Assembly (NCBI GenBank): GCA_900768185.1
Contig: CAAGCB010000029.1
Coordinates: 74,575-138,574 of the forward strand
Source: Alphaproteobacteria bacterium
GTDB lineage: Bacteria > Pseudomonadota > Alphaproteobacteria > CAAGCB01 > CAG-977
Length of the DNA stretch: 64,000 bases
Direction of reading: 5' to 3'
Below the pieces are notes generated by a model. The model was not told where the DNA came from. It worked only from the letters and a program-made list of their open reading frames with translations, and did not search any database. Made by a program: the position numbers and the translations under genes. Of this stretch, positions 7,852 to 16,461 are shown in pieces. Each line of letters opens with the position of its first letter. Positions within the stretch are counted from its first letter, which is position 1.

Positions 7852-9150
7852 ATGAAAGTCGGAATCATCGGAACGGGATATGTCGGGTTGCCTACGGGCG
7901 TCGGTTTGGCGACGCTGGGGCATGATGTCGTGTGCATTGACGCGGTCGCCGAAAAAATCGATTCGTTGAAAGCGGGAAAAATCACGCTGTTTGAAGACGG
8001 GTTGGAGGAACTGTTCCGCAAAGCCGTCGAATCGGGACGTCTGCGCTTTACCTGTTCAATGAAAGAGGGCGTCGGTAACGCCGATGTCGTCATTTTGGCG
8101 GTTGGCACGCCCCCGCACCCCGTCACCAAAGAAGCCGACATGAAATATATTCACGCCGCCGCGCGCGAATTGGCGCAATATCTGACGGGATACACCGTCG
8201 TCGCCAATAAATCGACCGTTCCCGTCGGCACGGGCGACGCCGTCGACCGAATGATTCGGGACGTCAACCCCGCCGCCGATTTCGATGTCGTTTCCCTGCC
8301 GGAATTTCTGCGCGAAGGCTTCGCCGTGCACGACTTTTTCAATCCCGATCGCGTGATTGTCGGCGCGAACACGGAAAAAGCCGCAAACGTCATCAAAGAA
8401 TTGTATGCGCCGTTCGGGGAAAAGGCGCGTATGCTGTTCGTCAAACGCCGTTCGTCCGAAACGATCAAATACGCGTCAAACGCTTTTCTGGCGATGAAGA
8501 TCAACTATATCAACGAAATGGCGAATTTCTGCGAAAAATCAGGCGCCGACGTGTTCGAGGTCGCCAAAGGCATGGGCATGGACACCCGCATCGGGGCTAA
8601 ATTCCTGAACCCCGGTCCGGGATACGGCGGATCGTGTTTTCCGAAGGACACCAACGCGATGGCGTACATGGCGCGCGGATACGGCGTTGAAATGTCGCTG
8701 ATCGAAACGACGATCCGGCAAAACGACGCGCGCAAAACGCAGATGGCGGAGCGGATTTTGAACGCGGTCGCCGATATCGAAAATCCGAAAATCGCCGTTT
8801 TGGGCTTGGCGTTCAAAGGCGGCACGGACGATTGCCGCGAAAGCCCCGCGATGGAAATCGTCGGCGCTTTGCTGAAACGCGGCGCGGACGTCGCCGCTTT
8901 CGATCCCAAGGCGATGGATAACGCCAAAAAGCTGGTCGGGGATAAAATCAAGTACGCCGCCGATGCGTTTGATGCCGCGCGGGGGGCTGATGTCGTCGCC
9001 GTTTTAACGGAATGGGTCGATTTCAAATCGTTGGATTTGGCACGGTTGAAAACCGAAATGAAAACGCCGCGGATCGTCGATTTGCGCAATCTGCTGGATA
9101 AAGACGAAGCCGTGAAGCTGGGATTTTCCTATGTCGGAATCGGACGCTGA
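7852..9150 (+). CDS. ugd: UDP-glucose 6-dehydrogenase
   Basis: N-terminal NAD-binding GTGYVGLPTG, catalytic GYGGSCFPKDT, and an AGGAG RBS. Confidence 0.85.
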   Translation: MKVGIIGTGYVGLPTGVGLATLGHDVVCIDAVAEKIDSLKAGKITLFEDGLEELFRKAVESGRLRFTCSMKEGVGNADVVILAVGTPPHPVTKEADMKYIHAAARELAQYLTGYTVVANKSTVPVGTGDAVDRMIRDVNPAADFDVVSLPEFLREGFAVHDFFNPDRVIVGANTEKAANVIKELYAPFGEKARMLFVKRRSSETIKYASNAFLAMKINYINEMANFCEKSGADVFEVAKGMGMDTRIGAKFLNPGPGYGGSCFPKDTNAMAYMARGYGVEMSLIETTIRQNDARKTQMAERILNAVADIENPKIAVLGLAFKGGTDDCRESPAMEIVGALLKRGADVAAFDPKAMDNAKKLVGDKIKYAADAFDAARGADVVAVLTEWVDFKSLDLARLKTEMKTPRIVDLRNLLDKDEAVKLGFSYVGIGR

Positions 9151-9157
9151 CGATTGC

Positions 9158-9186
9158 TTGAAAAACAGACGAAAATACGGTATAAT
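9158..9186 (+). promoter_or_regulatory. Sigma70-like promoter for the SAS module
   Basis: TTGAAA (9158..9163), a 17-nt spacer, then TATAAT (9181..9186), 42 nt upstream of the ATG at 9229. Confidence 0.45.
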
Positions 9187-9228
9187 TCCGCTGTGAAAAA
9201 TGTTCCGCAAGGTGAAAGGCGGTAAAAA

Positions 9229-9879
9229 ATGGTGGAAAGAAAAATTCCGGAAACCTTGGACGAGGCGTACAAGCTGGCGGCGGAAGCAAAGCCCGCTTTG
9301 GACTCTTTCGGCGAACGGCTGGCTGAACGCCTCGGGTGCGAATTTCAATCCGCGCCGTTGAAGGGACGCGAACGCGCCGAGGAAAAGCTGAAAACGAAAT
9401 ACCGCGGCGATATGTCGCAATTACAGGATTTGGCGCGCGGACGATTGATTTGCGACACTTTGGAACAAATCGACGAAGTGAAAAAAATCATTGAAGCCCA
9501 TGTCAAACCCGTTCGCGCCGTGGATCGCATGGACAAGCCGACCGAAAACGGCTACCGTGATGTAAAATACGTTTTGCCCGCGCCGAACGGCGGCGTCGTC
9601 GAAATGCAGATTCAGCTGAGGGATTTGGATCGCGCTGACAAGATGACCCATAAGGAATACGAAAAAATCCGCGCCATTACCGCAGGGGCGAAAGATCGTC
9701 CGTTGACGGAAGCCGAACAAAAAGAAATCGCTCTGCGTCAGAAACGCTGCAAGGAGCTGTACGTCAACGCCGCGCTTGATTACAACAAACGCACGACGGG
9801 ACGCAAGTTGAAAGTTGAAGGAAAGCCGCAGTCGGCTCTGATGTTGCAAGCGAAAAACGCAAAGATCGGAGGGCGCTGA
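9229..9879 (+). CDS. RelA/SpoT-domain nucleotidyltransferase (small alarmone synthetase-like; toxSAS candidate)
   Basis: SAS synthetase motifs in order: KGRERAEEKLKTKYRG (G-loop-like R/K cluster), DLARGRLIC (D-x-x-G-x-R), GYRDVKYVL (GY+S.H-like) and VVEMQIQLRDL (EIQIRT-like). The protein is 216 aa and single-domain. Confidence 0.6.
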   Translation: MVERKIPETLDEAYKLAAEAKPALDSFGERLAERLGCEFQSAPLKGRERAEEKLKTKYRGDMSQLQDLARGRLICDTLEQIDEVKKIIEAHVKPVRAVDRMDKPTENGYRDVKYVLPAPNGGVVEMQIQLRDLDRADKMTHKEYEKIRAITAGAKDRPLTEAEQKEIALRQKRCKELYVNAALDYNKRTTGRKLKVEGKPQSALMLQAKNAKIGGR

Positions 9880-10073
9880 TGGGAAAAGTGACGGTTCGTT
9901 ATTTCAAGGTCGGGGTCGTTCCCGTCAAAATTGAATACACCGAATACGGCGCGCGGGCGGCGTATGTGATGGCAGACGGCGCGTTTAAAATCGACAACGC
10001 CTATATCGCCGAGGTCGCCCGGGGCGAAGATGTCGAGGAACTGACCAAGGCGGCGTTTGAAAAGCTGCTTTAA
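9879..10073 (+). CDS. 64-aa hypothetical protein translationally coupled to the SAS gene (candidate antitoxin/partner)
   Basis: The start overlaps the SAS stop as TGATG. GC3 is about 69%, consistent with coding. No recognisable domain. Confidence 0.5.
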   Translation: MGKVTVRYFKVGVVPVKIEYTEYGARAAYVMADGAFKIDNAYIAEVARGEDVEELTKAAFEKLL

Positions 10074-10107
10074 ATTCAAGCCTTTTTCAATCGTTTTCAT
10101 CATTTTC

Positions 10108-10140
10108 GGGGGACAAAAACATTTTGTCCCCCGTTTTTAT
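10108..10140 (+). terminator. Rho-independent terminator after the SAS module
   Basis: Perfect 11-bp stem GGGGGACAAAA / TTTTGTCCCCC with a 3-nt loop, followed by GTTTTTAT. Confidence 0.65.
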
Positions 10141-10149
10141 ATTGCCCGA

Positions 10150-10414
10150 AAAAGCGGAATTTGACTATACTGCCTCTATTCCCGCCTTAAAAGCGGGACA
10201 GCGCCTTGGCGGGCGCTGAGCCGTGAGAAGCTCTTTTCAAGAAACAGGCGTTTGATATGAACGCCGTAATCCGTTTCGCATAGCGTGAAACGGAATTGTA
10301 TCCCCGATTCGTTTGAAGGTCGGGGAGGTTTTGGCGTATGTTCAGAAGCCCCGATTTGAATCGGAACGCTTTAAAGGTCAAACGATGACATACTATCACT
10401 AAACCGTCATCGTT
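10150..10414. repeat. About 260-nt tract of at least 8 consecutive short GC-rich stem-loops (REP/BIME-like array or structured RNA)
   Basis: Hairpins read from the sequence: CCCGC/GCGGG, AGCGCC/GGCGCT, GAGC/GCTC, GGCGTT/AACGCC, CCGTTTC/GAAACGG, CCCCGA/TCGGGG, CCGATT/AATCGG and ACGATGAC/GTCATCGT. Two near-repeat units CCCCGATT(CG)TTTGAA are present. No tRNA T-loop is present. Confidence 0.3.
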
Positions 10415-10760
10415 CGATTCCCCTTTTTTTTGAATGTTTTGCGGGCTTGGGACGGTTGGCGGCGTCGCGGGATCGTTTCAGCTGTTCAAGCGTTTTGTGT
10501 TTGCGCGGAATGACGACTTGCGTCAGGGAAAAGTCCCTGTCCTGAAACCGCGTCGCCTGCAATTCGACGCCGAACCGTTTGGCGATTTCGGACTGGCGCA
10601 AGCGCATTTGCTCGATTTCCCGCCGGTTGAACTCCAACCGTTTCAAGTTGTTGTTCAGTTTCAAAATAAAGTGAATGTGTTTATGCCGTTGATGACGGTG
10701 CGCGGCGGAGAATTGTCGCTGAAATACGAAGGACGTTTTAAAAAGGATTACGCCGATCAC
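10407..10760 (-). pseudogene. HUH-family (IS200/IS605 TnpA or REP-associated tyrosine transposase-like) remnant, N-terminally truncated
   Basis: HxH-hydrophobic motif HKHIHFIL, then downstream LQATRFQDRDFSL resembling the RAYT WQxRFxDHxIR region. Only about 25 aa precede HxH where about 60 are expected. GC3 on the minus strand is higher than for the antisense plus-strand ORF in the same phase. Adjacent to the stem-loop array. Confidence 0.3.
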
Positions 10761-10824
10761 ACGGGTATGGTGAATCTGAAAGTGAATTTCTGATTCCCGA
10801 ATCTTTTGTCGGAGAGAAAGGCGT

Positions 10825-12261
10825 TTATAAAAAAGGCGGGGAAAACATGCCCAACGCGTCGACGATGTCGGACGCCGTTAAATTACGGCGGTTGACGGTT
10901 TCGGCGGCGCGGGAATGCAGATGTACGCCCGCGCAGGCGGCTTCGAACGGGGGCATGGCTTTTGACAGCATGGCGCCGATGACGCCGCTTAAAACGTCGC
11001 CGCTGCCCGCCGTCGCCAGATTGAACGCCGTCGTCACGTTGACGACCGCGCGTCCGTCGGGGGCGGCGATGACGGTGTCGGCGCCTTTGAGCACGACAAC
11101 GCAATTCAGCGTTTTTGCGGCACTCATGGCTTGTTTCAATTTGCTTTTTTCCGTCATGTCGGGGAACAGACGGGAAAATTCGCCCGAATGCGGCGTGATG
11201 ACGGCGCGGGACAAATCTTTGACGCTTTTGACGAAAGGCAGGGCGCCCGCGTCGGCGACAAAGGGCTTTTTCGATGCGGAAAGCGCGTTCAGCATTTCTT
11301 TGGCGCGGGGTGTTTCCTTTAACCCCATGCCGATGACGGCGGCGGAAATTTTGCGGCTGTCCAGTTGGGTTTTGAAAGTTTCGGGCGTGTCGGCGGGCAG
11401 AACGACCGTTTCGGCGTCAAGGGCGAAAACGTCCTGTCGCGCCGCGTCGCAGGATACGCCGACCCAGCCCGCCCCTGCGCGCCGCGCCGCCGCGACGGTC
11501 AATCGGGCGGCTCCGGTCATTTCTCCCGCGCGCACCAACACCGCGCCGCGGGAATACTTGTTATCCGAGGGGGCGGCGGCGGGAACTGAAAACAGATCGG
11601 GTGTGTTTTCGAACAGAAACGGATTTTGACGGGCTACGATTTCATCGGGAACGCCGATCGGGCAAACGACCAAATCGCCGACGCGCTCGCGTGCGGGATA
11701 AAGGAAATGTCCGATTTTCGGGCGGCAGAACGTGACGGTCATGTCGCAAAAAGGCGCCGTTCCCGCGATTTCGCCCGTGTCGGCGACGACGCCGCTGGGA
11801 ATGTCCAAAGCGCAACACGGCACGTCCGTTTCGTTTAAAGCGTTGAAAAAATCGCTCAGGTCGCCGGAAATCGGGCGCGACAGTCCGATTCCGAACACGG
11901 CGTCGACGAACAGCCCGTTCAGCCGCCGCATCTCGTCCAATCGCTTGAACGACGGCGGGCGGACGGAACCTTTGAACAGATCGGCGTGATGACGCGCGGC
12001 AGGGGACATTTTTTGTTCGTCGCCGACAAAGGCGACCTCGACAAACCAGCCGCGCCGGCGCAACAGACGGGCGACGACAAATCCGTCTCCGCCGTTGTTG
12101 CCCGCGCCGCACAAAACGATGACGGGGCGTTTGCCGTATCTGCGCGCGATTTGGCAGGCGGCGGCGAAGCCCGCGTTTTCCATCAGTTGAATTTCAGGGA
12201 TAAAGCGTTCGCGCGTTTCCTTGTCCGCCGCGTACATTTGTTCGGTCGTCAAAATTTCCAT
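10825..12261 (-). CDS. nnr: Bifunctional NAD(P)H-hydrate repair enzyme Nnr (epimerase + dehydratase)
   Basis: N-terminal YjeF_N (VLCGAGNNGGDGFVVARLL) plus a C-terminal carbohydrate-kinase-like dehydratase domain (GDVLSGVIGAMLS). Confidence 0.8.
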   Translation of the reverse strand: MEILTTEQMYAADKETRERFIPEIQLMENAGFAAACQIARRYGKRPVIVLCGAGNNGGDGFVVARLLRRRGWFVEVAFVGDEQKMSPAARHHADLFKGSVRPPSFKRLDEMRRLNGLFVDAVFGIGLSRPISGDLSDFFNALNETDVPCCALDIPSGVVADTGEIAGTAPFCDMTVTFCRPKIGHFLYPARERVGDLVVCPIGVPDEIVARQNPFLFENTPDLFSVPAAAPSDNKYSRGAVLVRAGEMTGAARLTVAAARRAGAGWVGVSCDAARQDVFALDAETVVLPADTPETFKTQLDSRKISAAVIGMGLKETPRAKEMLNALSASKKPFVADAGALPFVKSVKDLSRAVITPHSGEFSRLFPDMTEKSKLKQAMSAAKTLNCVVVLKGADTVIAAPDGRAVVNVTTAFNLATAGSGDVLSGVIGAMLSKAMPPFEAACAGVHLHSRAAETVNRRNLTASDIVDALGMFSPPFL

Positions 12262-12339
12262 GTCGGGCTTCCTTGATTAGTGTTTGTTAATCTTTGCCCA
12301 TTATACTTCATTCGATTCAAATGTGGGGAGTTTTAATCC

Positions 12340-12960
12340 ATGTCGGTCAGAACGCCTGAAAACGTCAAGATTTTAGAAAAGAAAACGCTGTATAAAAAGT
12401 TTTTCGAAGTGGACGAATACACGTTCGAATATCCGTTGTACAACGGAAAAATGAGCTCGCCCGTTTCCTATGAGGTCATGGAACGCGGCAACGCCGTGGG
12501 CGTTCTTTTGTACGACCCCGATCGTGAAAAGCTGGTTTTTGTCGAACAGTTCCGTGTCGGCGTGTTTTTCGCGGGCGATCCCGAACCGTGGTTGCTGGAA
12601 TGTCCGGCGGGCATTATGGATCACAAAGGCGAAATGCCCGAAGCCGTCGCCGTTCGCGAAGCCAAAGAAGAAACGGGGGAAACCGTCGCGGATCTTGAAC
12701 CGATCGTGTCGTATTATTCTTCGCCGGGCGGTCTTTCCGAAAAAATACACCTGTTTTGCGGGCGCGTCGATTCCGAACGCGCCGCCGCCTACGCCGGATT
12801 GGAATGCGAAAACGAGGATATCCGCGTCGTCGTACTGCCCGTCGCCGAAGCGGAGCAAATGCTGACGGCGGGAAAATTCGTCAACGCCCTGACGATTATC
12901 GCCATGCAATGGTTTATGCTGAACAAAGACAAACTTCGTCAAAAATGGGGGGTGAAATGA
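12340..12960 (+). CDS. nudF: ADP-ribose pyrophosphatase (Nudix)
   Basis: Nudix box GIMDHKGEMPEAVAVREAKEETGE. Confidence 0.75.
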   Translation: MSVRTPENVKILEKKTLYKKFFEVDEYTFEYPLYNGKMSSPVSYEVMERGNAVGVLLYDPDREKLVFVEQFRVGVFFAGDPEPWLLECPAGIMDHKGEMPEAVAVREAKEETGETVADLEPIVSYYSSPGGLSEKIHLFCGRVDSERAAAYAGLECENEDIRVVVLPVAEAEQMLTAGKFVNALTIIAMQWFMLNKDKLRQKWGVK

Positions 12961-14096
12961 AAATGCGCCGTTCTGTATCCCGTTCTGTCAGTCTTGCCGT
13001 TTTAACTTTGTCAGCGGTGATTTGCGGGTGTTCGTCACCGGGGGATTCCCTGTTTAAAACGAATACGGAAAGATCGATTCTGAAATGGTCGACCGGAAAT
13101 TACGAAGACGCCGTCCACTATGCGCAAAAGGCTTTGCAGGACGAACCCGACGACGCTTACGCGATGATGGTCGCGGGGTTGTCCTATGAACGTCTGGGGT
13201 ATCCGAATCGGGCGCGCGCCTTTTACGAACAGGCGGCGCACACGGAAGGCGACGCCGTCGGCGTGTTCGGTTCGATCCGCAATACTCCCGCCGAGGAGGT
13301 TAAAAAAGCCGCCGCAGAACGATTGAACGCGTTGACGCTGACGAAAAATCCGATCGCCGTCGTCAATTCCGAAACGCAAACGGCTGTTTTTACTCCCGCC
13401 GCCTATGCCGAAGCGCGCGCCGCCGGTCAAACGACCTCTGCCGAAACGGTTAAAGGCGGACTGGACATGCTGACCGAAGGCGACCGCAATCTGGTAATGC
13501 GTTTTTTGACGTTTATCCGTTTGCGCGATGAAAAATATGTGACCGAAGACGAATGGCAAAAACGCCGCGCCGTCAATTTGGGCGGATTGCTGCCCTATAC
13601 GCTGACGCCCGCGGGCAAGGGCATGGATTTGCCGGCTCCGACGGGGGACGCCATTATCGGGCGGCTGAACGCGTTGCGTGAAGCGTTGGAAATGCGCGCC
13701 ATAACGCCTCGCGAACATGCCGCCGAACGCGAAATCATCTTGGAGGCTCTGCTGCCCGCCGAACCGTTTTACCGCATGAAGCCGCAACCCGTTCCGCAAG
13801 ATTTGTTGCAGGGCGCGACGGCTTTGCGCCGGATTGAAACTTTGCGGAATTTGGGGCTGATCACTTCGGCGGAAGCCAAAAAGGAAAAAGCCGCCGTCGA
13901 AAAACTGACGTATGCCAAAATCGGTATGACCGGGGCGGACGGGCAATCCAGACCCGAAGTGTCGAAATGTATTCAAAAATGCGTTTCCGCTCCCGCGTCG
14001 CCTTGTCCCGCGGCAAAGAAAACGCCTGTAAAGAAAAAATCCGCCGCCGTTAAAAAGAAAACGGTGAAGAAAGCTCTGCCCGCCTGTCCGTGCTAG
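12957..14096 (+). CDS. TPR-containing lipoprotein with Lys-rich C-terminus
   Basis: The ATG at 12957 overlaps the nudF stop as ATGA. Signal and lipobox are MKMRRSVSRSVSLAVLTLSAVICGC. TPR-like YEDAVHYAQKALQDEPDDAYAMMVAGLSYERLGY. C-terminus KKTPVKKKSAAVKKKTVKK. The track's 12756 start is a spurious extension. Confidence 0.55.
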   Translation: MKMRRSVSRSVSLAVLTLSAVICGCSSPGDSLFKTNTERSILKWSTGNYEDAVHYAQKALQDEPDDAYAMMVAGLSYERLGYPNRARAFYEQAAHTEGDAVGVFGSIRNTPAEEVKKAAAERLNALTLTKNPIAVVNSETQTAVFTPAAYAEARAAGQTTSAETVKGGLDMLTEGDRNLVMRFLTFIRLRDEKYVTEDEWQKRRAVNLGGLLPYTLTPAGKGMDLPAPTGDAIIGRLNALREALEMRAITPREHAAEREIILEALLPAEPFYRMKPQPVPQDLLQGATALRRIETLRNLGLITSAEAKKEKAAVEKLTYAKIGMTGADGQSRPEVSKCIQKCVSAPASPCPAAKKTPVKKKSAAVKKKTVKKALPACPC

Positions 14097-14123
14097 AGGT
14101 GGAGAAAAACGGCGATTAAAAAA

Positions 14124-14150
14124 AACGGAAAGCGTTATCTTTCCGTTTTT
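14124..14150. terminator. Bidirectional terminator hairpin overlapping the ankyrin gene stop
   Basis: AACGGAAAG-cgttat-CTTTCCGTT followed by TTTTCGTTTTC. Confidence 0.45.
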
Positions 14151-14707
14151 TCGTTTTCAACCGGTTCGTTCTCTGCCGGTTCGTCGTCTTCGGGACGATA
14201 GAGATTGAACAGAACGGCGACATGATGGTTTTTCAATTTCGGATTCCGGCGCAGATACTCATAGGGCGTTTTGCCTAAAATATCGGTGGTGTTTTGATCC
14301 GATTTGTTGTTCAGCAACAGGCGGACGACATCGGGATTGGTGTTGTACCGCGCGGCGAAAAACAAAGGCGTCCACCCCGTGTCCGGCGTTTTGGCGTTCA
14401 CGTCGGCGCCGTTTTCTATCAGCCAATAGGATACGGCGGGATCCGGATTGTACATCGCCGCCAGCATCAAAACGCTGCGCCCGCGATCGTCGCGCGCGTT
14501 CACATCGGCGCCGCGTTCGATGACGGGGGCGATCGTGTAAATGTTTGTTTTCGGATTTTGCACGGCGAAAATCAGCGGCACAAAACCCGACAGATCGCTT
14601 TCGGGCAGTTCGGCGGGGTGTTGGGCGGCGGCGGAAACGGCGGTCAGCGCGGCAACAAAAAAGCCCGCGCAAAAATGACGGGCTTTTCTAACGTGTTTGA
14701 AAAACAC
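14135..14707 (-). CDS. Secreted ankyrin-repeat protein
   Basis: Signal peptide plus repeated ankyrin motifs (TPLFFAARYNTNPDVVRLLLNN, RSVLMLAAMYNPDPAVSYWLIENGADVNA, TNIYTIAPVIERGADVNARD). Confidence 0.7.
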   Translation of the reverse strand: MFFKHVRKARHFCAGFFVAALTAVSAAAQHPAELPESDLSGFVPLIFAVQNPKTNIYTIAPVIERGADVNARDDRGRSVLMLAAMYNPDPAVSYWLIENGADVNAKTPDTGWTPLFFAARYNTNPDVVRLLLNNKSDQNTTDILGKTPYEYLRRNPKLKNHHVAVLFNLYRPEDDEPAENEPVENEKTER

Positions 14708-14713
14708 GGCGAA

Positions 14714-14881
14714 TCAGCGCATTTTCGTTTCTTTGAAAACGACGTGCTTGCGCGCTTTCGGGTCATATTTCTTCAACTGAAGTTTTTCCGTTTTTGTGCG
14801 CGGATTTTTCTTCGTCGTATAGAAATATCCCGTTCCGGCGGTGCTTTCCAGCTTAATCTGCAATGTAGCGGGTTTTGCCAT
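14714..14881 (-). CDS. rpmG: 50S ribosomal protein L33 (C- form)
   Basis: [53 protein letters not shown]. The start is trimmed to the ATG at 14881..14879. No Cys zinc ribbon. Confidence 0.85.
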   Translation of the reverse strand: MAKPATLQIKLESTAGTGYFYTTKKNPRTKTEKLQLKKYDPKARKHVVFKETKMR

Positions 14882-14929
14882 GACAAACCATTCCCTTAAA
14901 AAAATCAAAAACGATAGTCAAAAAATACC

Positions 14930-16459
14930 CTATTTTTCCATTGAGTCAAGCGAAAAATAAGTTAGCGCGCGTTCGTAGGCGTCCGGATTTGTCAAAAGCA
15001 GTTTTGCGACTTCGTCTTCGACGGGGTTGTCGGATCGGGGGCGGGGCGGGCAGGCTTGCAACGCGCGGCGTTTGGCATCGTCGTTTCCCGTGCGCCACGG
15101 TTTCAGACGGGTTTGCGGGCGGGGCAGATTGTCGATTGTCGACAGCGCCGCGTCCGCCGTGCAGATGTTCGGATAGATGCCGTATCCCTGCGGCGAGTAT
15201 CCCGACGGCAGGTGATAAGTCGCCCATGTCAGATGGATTTCGCCGCCGTCGGGCAGGGTGTCGTTCGCTTGAATCACGCCTTTGCCGAACGTCGGGGTGC
15301 CGATGACGACGCCGTGGCGGTATTCCTGCAAAACGCCCGCGAAAAATTCCGCGCTGGACGCCGTTTTCGCGTCGACCAGCAAAGCGATGGGATAGACGGG
15401 GCGATTGTTTTTTTCGGTTGAGGTGTAAGTTTGTTCCGTTTCGGGGGCGCGTCCCGTCGTTTTAATGACGCGCAGTCCCTCGGGCAGAAACATATCGGCG
15501 CACAAAACGGCTTGACGCAACAAACCGCCCGTGTTTCCCCGCAAATCGATAATCAGCCCTTTGACGCCCAGCATGCGGGCTTTGTTCAGGGCAAAAGCCA
15601 GTCCCGCCGCCGCGCGTTCGGAAAAAGCCGCTATTTTAATCGTCATCAGCGCGTTTTTTTCGTCAAAGAAATACGTTACGGGCGAAGACGAAACGGGCTT
15701 GCGCTTCAGCGTGCGGGTTTGCGTTCTGCCGTCTTTGCGCAGGGTCAGAAAGGCGTCCGATCCCGCTTCGCCGCGCAACAGGTTCAGAACCTCGACGCGG
15801 GACAGGGTTGACACGGGACGGCTGTCGATCGCCGCGATTCTGTCGCCAACCGTCAGATCGGACTGCGCCGCCGCGCCGTCGGGCAAAATCGACGTGATTT
15901 CCAGATATTTGCCGACGCGGCGGTAGGCGATGCCGATGCTTGCCGGATTTTTCAGCGGGGTCAATTCCGTCGGATCCGCGCCCGTGTAGTGCGAATATGA
16001 ATCGATTTTAGCCAGCGCCGCGTTCAAAAAGATGTTGTAAAATTCTTCCGCGTCCGCCGCTCGCGCTTTGGGGGAATAGGGGCGGGCTTCGACCGTCGCC
16101 GCCAAAATCAGACGCGACCAGCCCGCGCAATCCGAATCGTCGGGGGCGGAAAAGCTTTTCAGAATTTTGTCTGCGCCGAGAATCAAAACGCGTTTGCCGT
16201 CTTTGACAATGCGGATTTTATTGTCGATGGTCGACAAGGCTTTGACGCTTTCGAACGCCAATTCGCCCGCCGACACGGGAAACAGCGATTTTCGCGTAAT
16301 CAGTTCGCACGCCGCCTGCATGTTTTTCTGCATGCGCGCGACGGGAAAGCGGGAATCCAGCAGCACCGTTTCCCACCACACGGGAATGTCAGCCGTTTTC
16401 CCCGTTATCGGAAACAGCGACAACATCGTTCCCAGCGCGATGGACGGCAGACGACGCAT
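14930..16459 (-). CDS. ctp: Carboxy-terminal processing peptidase, S41 family (PDZ + S41)
   Basis: IIDLRGNTGGLL S41 motif, with a PDZ-like region upstream (GIAYRRVGKYLEITSILPDGAAA) and a signal peptide. Confidence 0.75.
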   Translation of the reverse strand: MRRLPSIALGTMLSLFPITGKTADIPVWWETVLLDSRFPVARMQKNMQAACELITRKSLFPVSAGELAFESVKALSTIDNKIRIVKDGKRVLILGADKILKSFSAPDDSDCAGWSRLILAATVEARPYSPKARAADAEEFYNIFLNAALAKIDSYSHYTGADPTELTPLKNPASIGIAYRRVGKYLEITSILPDGAAAQSDLTVGDRIAAIDSRPVSTLSRVEVLNLLRGEAGSDAFLTLRKDGRTQTRTLKRKPVSSSPVTYFFDEKNALMTIKIAAFSERAAAGLAFALNKARMLGVKGLIIDLRGNTGGLLRQAVLCADMFLPEGLRVIKTTGRAPETEQTYTSTEKNNRPVYPIALLVDAKTASSAEFFAGVLQEYRHGVVIGTPTFGKGVIQANDTLPDGGEIHLTWATYHLPSGYSPQGYGIYPNICTADAALSTIDNLPRPQTRLKPWRTGNDDAKRRALQACPPRPRSDNPVEDEVAKLLLTNPDAYERALTYFSLDSMEK

Positions 16460-16461
16460 AT

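Noticed and set aside
10150-10414. Possible tRNA, tmRNA, SRP or 6S RNA in the hairpin tract
   Set aside because: No T-loop GTTCGAATC-like sequence, no SRP domain-IV motif and no tmRNA acceptor or tag signature were found. Only a generic structured-repeat call is retained.
10434-10793. Plus-strand 119-aa ORF antisense to the HUH remnant
   Set aside because: It is in the same codon phase as the minus-strand ORF and has lower GC3 (about 46% versus about 65%). Its F/Q-rich composition is typical of a shadow frame.
12756-12956. N-terminal extensions from track ORFs that use GTG/TTG starts, here and at 46314..48410, 37600..38601, 33227..33997, 25255..25800, 49980..50723, 26790..27128 and 14714..14908
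   Set aside because: The extended segments are Arg/Pro-rich and overlap upstream genes. Downstream ATG starts with RBS, signal peptides or family-typical N-termini were used instead.
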